Positions 11,197-20,563 of a DNA stretch of 64,000 nt are shown here, one piece after another (within the stretch, counting starts at the first letter, position 1; every line of letters begins with the position of its first letter). The position numbers were made by a program, and so were the translations under genes. The stretch lies in contig CAVXJS010000009.1 of assembly GCA_963762145.1 (NCBI GenBank), positions 640,001 to 704,000 of the forward strand, given 5' to 3'. The notes beneath the pieces are model-generated. The model ran no database searches. It was not told where the DNA came from and saw only the letters and a program-made list of their open reading frames with translations. The DNA comes from an uncultured Candidatus Rokubacteria bacterium (GTDB taxonomy: Bacteria; Methylomirabilota; Methylomirabilia; Rokubacteriales; CSP1-6).

Positions 11197-11419
11197 GCCC
11201 CGCCATTGTACAGGGCCTCAGGTGTCAGGGATCTCGCGACGCCTCCACCATGTCAAGGCGAGCGATCGACCACCGGCCGTACTGCAGCCCCATCCAGACG
11301 AGGCCACACGGCCCAGATCATCAGAACCTCGGGTCAGCGACCCCCGCGCGAAGCCACCAGCGTCACCTCAGATCCTCATCGTCGCAAGGATGGGCAGCTT
11401 CTTGTTGCGGTCCCCTAGG

Positions 11420-11445
11420 CTGCCCCACCCTGGTTCCAGCATTTG
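11420..11445. repeat. 26-bp exact copy of island-end sequence 4994-5019 (candidate integrase arm site)
   Basis: CTGCCCCACCCTGGTTCCAGCATTTG at both positions. Confidence 0.8.
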
Positions 11446-11624
11446 GACCAACTGTCACCCCCCGGAGTCTCATTGATTCGCGTCGGGTAGTTTGGCAATT
11501 GACAACTTCAGATGCCGCATGTACGACTCTCTCAACGGGTGGCCGGTCGACTCAGATGGCACTGCCCATGATCTGCAGTGGAGACGTAGAGGTAACACCG
11601 GAGTAACAAGAAGGAGTGATCACT

Positions 11625-11933
11625 ATGATCATGCGTATCACCTGGGGCAAAGTGCACGCAGGAAAATGGGATGCCTATGAGCAGACGTATCGCAACACGG
11701 TGGTGACCAAGAGCAAGAATATCCAGGGCCTTCGCAACCGCTGGCTTGCTCGGGACACCGCGGACACGGATGCGGGCTTCGCGGTCAGTTTGTGGGACAG
11801 TCTTGACGACATGCGAGCTTATGAGCAGAGCGACTTCTACCAGAAAGACATTCTCGCGCCGCTGCAGCCGTTCTTTGTCGGCGAATTCAAGACTTATCAC
11901 TGTGAGGTGCGATACGGGCAAGAGGGCAAGTAG
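11625..11933 (+). CDS. antibiotic-biosynthesis-monooxygenase (ABM, dimeric alpha-beta barrel) family protein
   Basis: AGGAG RBS; ABM-like size and pattern (AVSLWDSLDDMRAY). Confidence 0.75.
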   Translation: MIMRITWGKVHAGKWDAYEQTYRNTVVTKSKNIQGLRNRWLARDTADTDAGFAVSLWDSLDDMRAYEQSDFYQKDILAPLQPFFVGEFKTYHCEVRYGQEGK

Positions 11934-12023
11934 CCTGCTCTGACTCTCGACTCTGAACTCTGTAGCTACGTTCGGAGAGCGGGGTGATCTCCGCTCACCC
12001 ACGCTCCGCCTTCGCGCCCTTTC

Positions 12024-12165
12024 TCAAAACCCGGTGGTGAAGAACACCACCGCGCGCTCACCGATCCAATAGCCAACGAGAACGCACAAGGTGGTGTAGA
12101 CGACGGTGCCGATGGTGTCGAACGCTATGTAGCGTAAGTATGTGATGCGGCCGCATCCCGCGCAG
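12024..12165 (-). pseudogene. DedA-family fragment
   Basis: AGCGRITYLRYIAFDTIGTVVYTTLCVLVGYWIG resembles the DedA C-terminal part; no start. Confidence 0.55.
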
Positions 12166-12478
12166 GCCGAGGCAACCAGGGACCGGCACGGGGGGCCCGA
12201 ACCTCGAGCGCGTTCACGACGCGCCGGACGCCTCGCACGGTGCTCGCCACGCTCTCCGCCCGCGCCTTTTGCTCCGCCGAGACGACGTCGCCGGTCAGGT
12301 ACACCACCGACTGCCGGCTCACCACGCCCAGCCGGGTGAGGTTGGCGTCCTTCTCGGCCACGAGGCGAGCCTTCACCTCGCTCTCGATCCGAGCATCCTG
12401 CCAGGGATCCACGGTGGCGCAACCGCTGACGGCGACGACCAGACCGACGAGGACGAGCGACCAGAAGGGCCGGCCCAT
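12125..12478 (-). CDS. BON-domain lipoprotein
   Basis: Lipobox VSGC; DARIESEVKARL..VYLTGDV..VRGVRRVVNALEV. Confidence 0.85.
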   Translation of the reverse strand: MGRPFWSLVLVGLVVAVSGCATVDPWQDARIESEVKARLVAEKDANLTRLGVVSRQSVVYLTGDVVSAEQKARAESVASTVRGVRRVVNALEVRAPRAGPWLPRPARDAAASHTYAT

Positions 12479-12479
12479 C

Positions 12480-15400
12480 TCAGTTCAGCACGGGACGGCC
12501 GTCCGATCCGGTCTGGCCCAGGAGTCGACGAAGGAATCCGGGGCGGCCCGGCGGGCCCGGATCCTCCGGCTCGACCAGGTCCACCTCGATCCGGCCTTCC
12601 GCGCTTTCCGCCGGAGAAAGGGCAGCCACTTTCAGCCGCCCGCTGTCGACGCCGGCCTTCTTGATCCCTTCGCGCACCGCTTCGAGGCGCCGGGCCGCGA
12701 GGTCAGCGAGGTCCGTCTTAGATGGCCCTTTGTCCGACGTCTTCTTCTCGAGAGCCGGGCCGTCCGCCGGTGGTCGCGTCTTCTCCTCGAGTGCCGCGCG
12801 GTCCTGCGAGGACACCGCCGGCATGAGGGACAGCCGCACCACGGGCACCTGCTCGAGAAAAGCCGCCAACCTGGCCACTTGCTCCTGGGCTTCCGCCGCC
12901 AGCGTGGCCGAGCCCGGCGCGAATGGGATGGGGTCGATCTCCACCCGCTGGATCCGCGAATCCGACCCGACCTGGACGCGGCCGATCCAGCTCACCGGCG
13001 CCGTGATCGCCTTGACGGCCACGTTCCGCACCGTGCTCCAGAGAGCCTCGCTCATATCGAAGCGTGGATCGCTCAGCCGTCCCCCCACCGGCAGCGACAG
13101 CCGGATATCGCCGCGGCGATCCTTCATCAGCGCGACGATCATGCCGAGGGGCAGTCCGATGCGCGCCTGCGCCCCGTCGCCGCCGCCGGCCCGCGCCACC
13201 TCGAGCTGACTGAGCAGGATGTCCGTCTTCGCGTCGAGGACATCGCCGTCGATCCGGCAGCTCACGCTCGTGGTCAGCCGTCCCCCCCGCGCCTCCCAGG
13301 CCACCTGCTGCACGAGGTACGGATTCGTGCGCGGCACCGCGAAACCCCGGAGCTCCGCGTTCATGTCTAGACGGAGGGGGCCGCCCAGCGAGCCCACGGT
13401 GCCGCGGAGGGCGAGATCGGAGTCGGCGCCGACGCGCCCCGTCATGTCCAGGCGGGCGGGTTTGGCCCTGGGGTCCGTCGAGAGCCCGTCGATGCGCCCC
13501 GTCAGCCGCTGCGTGTCGAGCGCGATCGGCGGCGCGACGCGATGGTCGACGGTCCGGGCGCCCCCGTCCGCGACGACGAGATGGTCGACCGTGATGGGGA
13601 TGGTCGAGCCGCCGCTCGATGCCGGCAGCGGACGGATGGGCGCCGACGCGCTCGGGGTGGAGCCGCGGGGCCCGGCCCCATCCGGCGCGCGCGGAGAGAG
13701 CAGCACGCGCAGGGTCAGGGCTCCGCCCTGGTCCCGCTCGAGCAGGACCCAGGGCCGCTGCAAGGTCACGTCGCGGACGGCTACGCGCCGGGGCCAGTCG
13801 ATGTCGACCCCGGTCGCCTGTGCCCGCTCGACTCTCATTACCGTGCGCTCGCCGTCACGGACGTCGATCAACGATCCCGCAGCGCGGCCCCGTACGATGG
13901 CCCGCCCCTCCGCCACGGGCGGCAGCGCCACGGCGAGGTCGAAGTGGACGTGGCCGCGGATCCTCGCCGGCAAGGGAAGATAGGCCTGATAAGGCGCGAG
14001 ATCCGCATCGTTGCCGGTCACCCGCCCTTCGGCGGTGATCGGATCGACGCCCACCTGGCCGTCGAACTCGACCCGGCCGCCGCCCGGCGGGCGCATCCCG
14101 ACCCGGATGCCCAGGGGGCCATGGAGGGGCCAGGCCGCCCCGGTGACCTTGGCCTCAAGGCCCGCGAATTCGAGGGCGACGTCGGGCTTGACGGCGCGAT
14201 CGCGCCACACGAGGCCGCCGTCCTTCACGACGATCTCGCCGACGGCCAGCCCGAGCGGCGCCGCGGGCGCTGCGGGCGGCGCGCCCACGGCTCCGGGCGC
14301 AGCCTGACCTGGCAGGCCCGACGGCATGGCGACGCCCCCGGTGCTGTCCCGCTCGATCGTGCCCCGGGGCCCGGTGATGACGAGCTGCCGTGCGGCGAGC
14401 CTCGCTGGCCAGTCCACCTCGATCCCCTTCGCTTCCACCCGTCGGGCCCGCAGCAGCTCCCCGCGCGCATCCTTGACCCCGAGCTGATTGACCGCGATCG
14501 CGCCTTGCACATGGCTTGGCACCGTGGGAACGAGGGGCTCGTCGATCTGCAGATTGGCTTCCACGAGGCCATCGACGCGGAGGGGGCTCGGCACGAGGCT
14601 CGCCCACTTGCCGAGATCGACGCGCTCGAGCTGCAGGCGAAGCTGGCTGGCGGCGGGGGGCGGGCTCAGCTGGCCGGTGAGATTCAGCAGGCCCCCGCCC
14701 GGGACGCTGCTCCGTACGTCCACACGGCCGGGCCGGACAACCGGCCACGTGACGTCGGCGATACTGGCCCGCAGCGTTGACACCTGGAAGCGGCCGCCGC
14801 CGCGCGCGCTCGGGTCCTTGACGCTCGTCGAGCCCGCGAGCTCGAAGCGGCCGACCTGGAGCTTCTCGTCCTGGTACTGGAAATCGGCGAGCTCCACGGT
14901 GAGCTTGGGCACGAGCACGATGGGGTCGCGCTCGCCCCGCCTCACCAGCGCGACGTCCTCGAGCGCACCGGTGACGTTCGCCCGCAAGCCCGCCCGCGCG
15001 TCGAGCGCGACCTCGAGGGTCGAGCTCGCCCGTCCCCGCTCCAGGACCACTGCCGCGTCGCGCGGGAAGTAGAGGCGGGCGAGGGAGAGGTCGAGCTTCG
15101 AGGTCGTCACCGCGGCCTCGAGGTGGATCGGATAGAGCCGCACGTGCCGCATCTCGAGCAAGACCGGTGCGCCCACCGTCAGGGATCGCGCCACCGCGCG
15201 CCCATCACCGCGGCGGGTCGAGAGGTTGTGGGCGTCGATCTCGATGTTCTCCGAATACCAGGTGCGGGGCTCGGCCAGGGCACGGTCCTCGAGCGCGACG
15301 GTGCCCTTCGTGACGACGAGGCGATCCACGGTGACGTCGAACGTCCGGCCGGTCCCGCCCGCAGGCCGGATCAGATCCGAGATGTTGAAGCCCTCGGCGA

Positions 15401-15761
15401 ACCGGATGATGCGCACGGTCGAACCCTGGAGTGTCGCCTCGCGGATCCAGAGGTGCCCGCGCAAGAGGGAGAGGGGACGGATGCGGACGTCGAGGAGGTC
15501 GAAGTCGGTGAACGGGGTCTGGCCGTCCGGCTCCCGGAGGCGGAACCCGCGGACGACCAGCCGTCCGGTGAATGGGTTGAGCGCGACCGCCTCGACGCTC
15601 ACGGGACGGCCGGTCATCGCCTCGACCTGCTCGATCAAGAGGTCCCGGACCAGCGCCGGGAACGCGTGGTAGAAAGTCAAGCCAGCGGCGAGGGTCACGA
15701 TCGCGCAGGCGATGACGAGCCACCGGCCGGAGCCACGCGTTCTCACTCGCAGCCAATGCAT
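12480..15761 (-). CDS. DUF748 (AsmA-like) repeat protein with C-terminal OmpA-like region
   Basis: LNPFTGRLVVRGF, FNISDL, ALMKDRRGDIRLSLPVGGRLSDPRF, IPFAPGSATL; GGGAGGG RBS. Confidence 0.85.
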   Translation of the reverse strand: MHWLRVRTRGSGRWLVIACAIVTLAAGLTFYHAFPALVRDLLIEQVEAMTGRPVSVEAVALNPFTGRLVVRGFRLREPDGQTPFTDFDLLDVRIRPLSLLRGHLWIREATLQGSTVRIIRFAEGFNISDLIRPAGGTGRTFDVTVDRLVVTKGTVALEDRALAEPRTWYSENIEIDAHNLSTRRGDGRAVARSLTVGAPVLLEMRHVRLYPIHLEAAVTTSKLDLSLARLYFPRDAAVVLERGRASSTLEVALDARAGLRANVTGALEDVALVRRGERDPIVLVPKLTVELADFQYQDEKLQVGRFELAGSTSVKDPSARGGGRFQVSTLRASIADVTWPVVRPGRVDVRSSVPGGGLLNLTGQLSPPPAASQLRLQLERVDLGKWASLVPSPLRVDGLVEANLQIDEPLVPTVPSHVQGAIAVNQLGVKDARGELLRARRVEAKGIEVDWPARLAARQLVITGPRGTIERDSTGGVAMPSGLPGQAAPGAVGAPPAAPAAPLGLAVGEIVVKDGGLVWRDRAVKPDVALEFAGLEAKVTGAAWPLHGPLGIRVGMRPPGGGRVEFDGQVGVDPITAEGRVTGNDADLAPYQAYLPLPARIRGHVHFDLAVALPPVAEGRAIVRGRAAGSLIDVRDGERTVMRVERAQATGVDIDWPRRVAVRDVTLQRPWVLLERDQGGALTLRVLLSPRAPDGAGPRGSTPSASAPIRPLPASSGGSTIPITVDHLVVADGGARTVDHRVAPPIALDTQRLTGRIDGLSTDPRAKPARLDMTGRVGADSDLALRGTVGSLGGPLRLDMNAELRGFAVPRTNPYLVQQVAWEARGGRLTTSVSCRIDGDVLDAKTDILLSQLEVARAGGGDGAQARIGLPLGMIVALMKDRRGDIRLSLPVGGRLSDPRFDMSEALWSTVRNVAVKAITAPVSWIGRVQVGSDSRIQRVEIDPIPFAPGSATLAAEAQEQVARLAAFLEQVPVVRLSLMPAVSSQDRAALEEKTRPPADGPALEKKTSDKGPSKTDLADLAARRLEAVREGIKKAGVDSGRLKVAALSPAESAEGRIEVDLVEPEDPGPPGRPGFLRRLLGQTGSDGRPVLN

Positions 15762-16236
15762 GTGGAGTTCCCTCCCCGATGATTGGAACGCATCACTTGT
15801 GCCACAGTGTGGTCCCTGCCGAGCGGCAGCTTCGAGCGCCATTTTCGCGCCCAGTCCGTCGTCGCAGCGCAACGGAGCAGGTAACGAATTGCCGGCCGTG
15901 TGTAGAAGCTACCGGTCGTGCCCGGTGACGGGACTCGATGCGATGGTGCTGTAGGTGAACCCTTTGGTCTGGCTAGACGCCCAGGGTCGACGCCGTCGAT
16001 CAGATGCCCGATCAACGCGAGCGACGGCATCAGCGACCGATACTTTGCAAATGGCGAGGGTGGCAGGTCAAGAGCTCGTAAGAACCATGGTCGCGACTCG
16101 GTGGATGGCCAAACAACTCAACAGGAGGCGAGCTACAGCCGGTTGGGTGGAAGGGCTCTCCGCCGATTGCGAGGGGACGGCGGGTATACGACAAAACTGA
16201 CAGAACCTCGGTCGAGCGTTCGCGACCCAGACAACG

Positions 16237-16500
16237 TCAGGAACCTCGGGAAGCCTGCGGACGGACCTGGCGAGACCGGCCACCCCGGCCCGCCAGGAGC
16301 CGCGGGTTGATGCGGAACCGCACTGTGGGCCGCCCGCCCTCACGCACCCTGACCGCTTCCGGCCGCAGCCACCCGAGCTCGGCCAGGCCTTCGAAGGCGC
16401 CCTGCACAACCCGGGGCTCCGTCAGGCCCGTCCACTCGTTCCGGTACACGTCCCGGGCCGCGAAATCCTCCATCGAGATCCGGCTCTTACCGTGTCGCGG
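16237..16500 (-). pseudogene. DUF3987/YfjI-type mobile-element replication protein, C-terminal fragment
   Basis: FAARDVYRNEWTGL..LAELGWLR..GGRPTVRFRINP resembles the DUF3987 C-terminus. Confidence 0.65.
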
Positions 16501-16773
16501 CCAGAAGCTGATCGCCGCCGAGCCGGAACTCTGGGATTCAGATGGACGGAGACCCCCCTGCGGAGCGATCGTGATTGACGAAAGAGGGGGATCGGCGATG
16601 GCCTTCAAGCTTGACCGGTTGATGGGTTACTCACTACCGTGGGGCCAGGCTCAGCGGGCTCAATCCGCGAGCCCGTCGGAGCGAGTTGGTCGTTCGGGGC
16701 GCAGCGCCCCACAGCCGCAGGCGAACCGGGAAGAGGGACAGTCGGTCCTGCGCGCGGCAGGAGGGTTGCAGCG

Positions 16774-17013
16774 ATGGTCGTGAGACTCTTCGTAGGGAAT
16801 CTCTCGTTCCAAGCAACGGAGGAAGACGTGCGCGGGCTCTTCCAGCACGGCGAGCTCATCGACTACTTCACGCCCGGAGAGCTGGCCGCCCTCTACGCCG
16901 ACTGGCTCATCGTGGCGGGCGAGAAGCGGCTCATCGACTGCCGCCAGGACGGCACGATTCATCGCTACAGTGTCGAGCAAATCGTCGCGCGCGCCCACCC
17001 GCGAGATGCTTGA
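16774..17013 (+). pseudogene. chimeric remnant: RRM RNA-binding protein N-terminus fused to a methyltransferase-like C-terminus
   Basis: RLFVGNLSFQATEEDVRGLF (RNP2) then YFTPGELAALYADWLIV..QIVAR. Confidence 0.6.
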
Positions 17014-17212
17014 ATCCGGTCAGCGGGTCACAGTGGATCTCTCCGGCCTGGTGATCAAGGGCGTCTCGTTCAGCGGCAACGTGAAGAAGGCGCTGGGCAC
17101 CATCGTGCAGCAAGTCTCTCCCGAGCCGCCCGTCTATCTCGTCGAGCTCCTGTTCAGCTTCAAAGGGATCAGGCGGGTGGAGGTGCCCGAGGAGCGGATC
17201 CACCTGGCCTAG
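17006..17212 (+). CDS. small beta-rich hypothetical protein (68 aa)
   Basis: Good codon bias; overlaps the upstream stop. Confidence 0.6.
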   Translation: MLESGQRVTVDLSGLVIKGVSFSGNVKKALGTIVQQVSPEPPVYLVELLFSFKGIRRVEVPEERIHLA

Positions 17213-17781
17213 GGGTGCCCTCGACAAGGTCAGAGGCCGCCACAGTGAATCCGGTCAGCCGTCGGGGCACCCTTGTCACAAGAGGCTGTCACAAGCTAGT
17301 TCTCCGGGCCAACAAGTAAGCCGTGGCAAGTAGTTGGAACACGTAAGGCCCAGGACTATAGATCGCCGGCGGTGTACATTTCCCTCCGCAGCGCCCAACT
17401 ATACCATGTCGGACCTTCCGCGGCCGGCCGGCACCCGCTCCCGTTGCACGAGGTTACGCCCAGACGGCGATAACCCAACAGGAGCAGTCCTCCCGCTTCG
17501 ACCTCTCCGGTTTCTGTCTAACCTCGAGAAGGTTGTGACAGGGCGTCGTCACAAGCCGGTCCCCCCACTCTGGAACAGCCGGCATGACTGACACTTAGAA
17601 GAGAGGCCGAGGATTCCTTATCCTGGTGTCCTTTGGAACTCCGGGCCTGACAGTCGTGGTTCCATTTAGGTTCCAACGTAGGCCGACGGACCACACCACA
17701 GGCTGACGTGGGTCAAGGCTGTTGCGTCTGATTGCCGGGATTTACGTCGTGTTGCGTTCTGGCGGGGGCGTCTGGGGTTGC

Positions 17782-17821
17782 TTACGAATCAGTTGCTCTG
17801 CCACTGAGCTACCCCGGCGTT
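17782..17821 (-). repeat. displaced 5' half of tRNA-Thr (att site)
   Basis: Identical to 4914-4953; identity stops right after the anticodon loop TTCGTAA. Confidence 0.92.
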
Positions 17822-18034
17822 TCAGGAACTTACGAGTCGCGCCTCAGAGTCTACCATTTCATCTGCCCGACTTCTGCCCTGGCGCTCAGTCTTGGCGACC
17901 TCGGCCTTGAGGTGGCCGGGGCTCAGGTGGGCGTAGCGCTGGGTCATGATCAAGCTCGCGTGCCCCAGAATCTTCTTGAGCGCGAGGAGGGGCCCACCCT
18001 GCATCATGAACCAGGAGGCGAAGTGGTGGCACAC
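17822..18034 (-). pseudogene. second tyrosine integrase C-terminal remnant
   Basis: HHFASWFMMQGG..ILGHASLIMTQRYAHLSP; stop 3 nt before the tRNA fragment. Confidence 0.88.
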
Positions 18035-18143
18035 CGCCCTCCTCCGTCGGGTGGACTCTGAGCCCCGCAGGTGAACCCAGTTCTCCGCAGCGGCGGTGTT
18101 CCTCCAGGAAGGCGTCGAGGGCAGCGAGCAGCGCGGGCATGAC

Positions 18144-18661
18144 CTACTCGATCACCTGATCCGCCCGCTGCAGGAGCGAGTGGGAGATCGTCAGGCCGAG
18201 CGCCTTGGCGGTCTTGAGGTTGATGATCAGCTCGAACTTGGTGGGCTGCTCGATGGGCAGCTCGGCGGGCTTGGCGCCTTTCAGTATCTTGTCCACGTAG
18301 GTGGCGGCGCGCGCCTGGAGATCAGACGTGTATGCGTCATAGGCCATCAGGCCACCAGCGTCGACCACGAGCCTGTAAGGGTACATCCCCGGCATTCTGT
18401 GTTGGGCTGCGAGCTCAACCACTCGTTTGCGGTGAGCAACGAATATGCTCGCGGACGTCGTGAGGAGCGCTTCGGCGCGTTCCTTGGCTCCAGCGTCGAA
18501 CGCGGCGGGAAGATCATCTACGGTCCTGATGTCGCGAATCTGCAGCTGCATGCCCAGCGAGGGGGCCGCCTTCTTCAGTTCTTCGATCTGGGGCGGAGCA
18601 ATTCGGGTCGACGAGGTATGCGAGCACGAGCACTCGCGAGATTCGGGGCGCGGCCTCCGGC
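18144..18661 (-). pseudogene. ABC transporter substrate-binding protein (ABC_sub_bind type), 5'-truncated and frameshifted
   Basis: GGLMAY..YVDKILKGAKPAELPIEQPTKFELIINLKTAKALGLTI..RADQVIE. Confidence 0.85.
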
Positions 18662-19010
18662 ATGGCGCCCGACCGGCTCTCCGAGATCTTCGGCGAGTGG
18701 AACCAGGGCGAGCTGGGCTCGTATCTGATCGAGATCACCGCCGACATCCTCAAGCAGCGCGATCCCGCCAAGTCGACCCGCTTCCTGGTGGACATGGTGC
18801 TCGATGCCGCAGGCCAGAAGGGTACCGGCAAGTGGACGAGTGTTACGCGCTCGACCTGGGTATCCCCGCCAACGCCATCGCCGAGGCCGTGTTCGCGCGC
18901 TGTGTCTCCGCCTTGAAGGAAGAGCGGGTCGCGGCCGCCAAGAAGCTCAAGGGGCCATCGACGGCGTACCGTGGCTCGAAACCCCGACTGGTCGAGGCGG
19001 TGCGCCGCGC
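18662..19010 (+). pseudogene. gndA: internal fragment of long-form NADP 6-phosphogluconate dehydrogenase
   Basis: [34 protein letters not shown], then frameshift to [25 protein letters not shown]. Confidence 0.85.
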
Positions 19011-19015
19011 GACCC

Positions 19016-19090
19016 GCAGCAAGCGCATGTCCATGTCGGCGAAAAGCTTCTCCTGGTCCCCGGGGCGAGGGCGCCCCAGCAGGCGGCGTC
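19016..19090. repeat. ~75-bp imperfect direct repeat, second copy at 29413-29488
   Basis: GCAGCAAGCGCATGTCCATGTCGGCGAAAA..CTCCTGGTC..GGCGAGGGCG..CCAGC..CGGCGTC in both. Confidence 0.85.
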
Positions 19091-19683
19091 GATGAGCCGC
19101 TCCTTCTCGAGGAACAGCAGGTGTCGTCGACCTCGCTCAGCGTAACGTGCTCGCACTCCTTCGTCGAGGCAGCCCCGCCCCCTCGGCAAGCCGCGAGAGC
19201 CAGGGGCCTTCGGCCCCGTCCCGTCAGCCGCCAGAGCTCTTGGTCAGCATTGCGCATTCGCCCGGCGCACAGTGCGCCGTTGGCAGCTGACCTAGCCGCC
19301 CCTTGCCGTGGTGGCCCATCAGCCGTATAAGGGATATGGGTATGGTGGCGTGGTGCCGCCATAGGTTGGTTTTTCGAGTGGTCGGGCCGCCACTCGTGAG
19401 GCTGGAGACGGCTGAGCCGTCTCAACCCTTCACCGGGGCTTCACCCGGGAGCGGGGTTCCTATGGGGGAGTCGCCATGCCGGAGGCCGATCTCCTAGACC
19501 TGCCGAAGCACGCCGATTCCAAGCTCTTCCTCCATCGGCGCCCCGCTCAAGCACCCCGACACGCAGCGTGGCCACGAGCGGACGCCGATGCGGCCTACTG
19601 GGCGGCCGGCACCAGCCTCGTCCTCGTCCGCAACGCGGACATCGCGCAGCTAGGGGGCGCGACCGCGACCAGGGGAAGGCATC

Positions 19684-19749
19684 ATGGTCGCCTGGACCAT
19701 GTTGTTGATCGCCCTAGTGCTCATCGGCATTGCCAAGCTGCTGTTCTAG
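19684..19749 (+). CDS. 21-aa hydrophobic micropeptide MVAWTMLLIALVLIGIAKLLF
   Basis: Purine-rich RBS (GGGGAAGG); homologous peptide precedes the paralog at 40041-40091. Confidence 0.55.
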   Translation: MVAWTMLLIALVLIGIAKLLF

Positions 19750-19784
19750 ATCGAGGGAACCGCGCAGGATCACAGGAGGGGACC

Positions 19785-20132
19785 ATGCCAAGGATCGGGC
19801 GCTTCGTCACCGATCCCCGAGTCGGCTCATACTGCCACGTCACGCTCGACACCGGCGAGAAGATCACCGTCAATCACGACAAGGGAGGCTTCAAGGGGGG
19901 CCTCCTGACGATTGAGGTCTCGAAGTTCATGGGCTTCAGCTCTGACCGCATCTTCGCGTGCAACCTGGATAGCCCGATGGGCCAGCGTGTCCTCGCCTGG
20001 CTGACCCAGGGCGCCCAGCCCGGTACTGTCGCCGCCACGCCGCTGGGCGCCGCTGTCGAGTTCGTCAAGGATGCCGGGTCGCTCGGCGAGCTGAAGACGA
20101 GATGCGCCGCGCTGATGGCGACACGGACATGA
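19785..20132 (+). CDS. hypothetical protein (paralog of 39688-40029)
   Basis: AGGAGG RBS; aligns end to end with the second copy. Confidence 0.85.
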   Translation: MPRIGRFVTDPRVGSYCHVTLDTGEKITVNHDKGGFKGGLLTIEVSKFMGFSSDRIFACNLDSPMGQRVLAWLTQGAQPGTVAATPLGAAVEFVKDAGSLGELKTRCAALMATRT

Positions 20133-20208
20133 TCGACCATCAGACCGGATTTGTCGCCTCCACCGTGGGGGACCGGGCGCTCTTGGCCCTCGGAGCGCAC
20201 GCTGACCT

Positions 20209-20253
20209 CAGCATCAGCCGTGTTAGCATCAGCCGTGTCAGCATCAGCCGTGC
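20209..20253. repeat. 3 x 15-bp tandem repeat (AGCATCAGCCGTGTY-like)
   Basis: cagcatcagccgtgt tagcatcagccgtgt cagcatcagccgtgc. Confidence 0.85.
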
Positions 20254-20563
20254 CAACATTCAGGTCGTTACTCAGTCCTCGGTTCTCGCCGATCCTCTTC
20301 GCATGGCTGATCCCCGCCGTCGTCTCCTTGCCGGGCTGACGCGCCCGCCGAGGCGCCCGCGCCTCAGTGCGGACCGCGGCTATTCGTTTCCTCCTGCTCG
20401 CCGTAGTGCATACTCGGTCGGCAAGGACGGGGGCGAGCCGGGTCGACTTCCCGAGGGCGGACACGACGCGGCGGGCGGCCCGCGGGCGACGTGAGTGCTC
20501 CGGTAGCTGGCGCACACCGTCCGAGCTTGACCTGATCCAATCCGAGACCGTCCCATCGCAACC

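Larger units (their letters stand above)
4914..17821. mobile_element. integrative genomic island at tRNA-Thr, bounded by 40-bp direct repeats (4914-4953 and 17782-17821)
   Basis: Identical TTACGAATCAGTTGCTCTGCCACTGAGCTACCCCGGCGTT at both ends; integrase remnant at left end; DUF3987-like remnant inside. Confidence 0.85.

Noticed and set aside
20209-20253. 15-bp repeats as a CRISPR array or iterons
   Set aside because: Contiguous repeats with no spacers and no cas or rep gene; simple slippage duplication. No CRISPR array was seen in the window.
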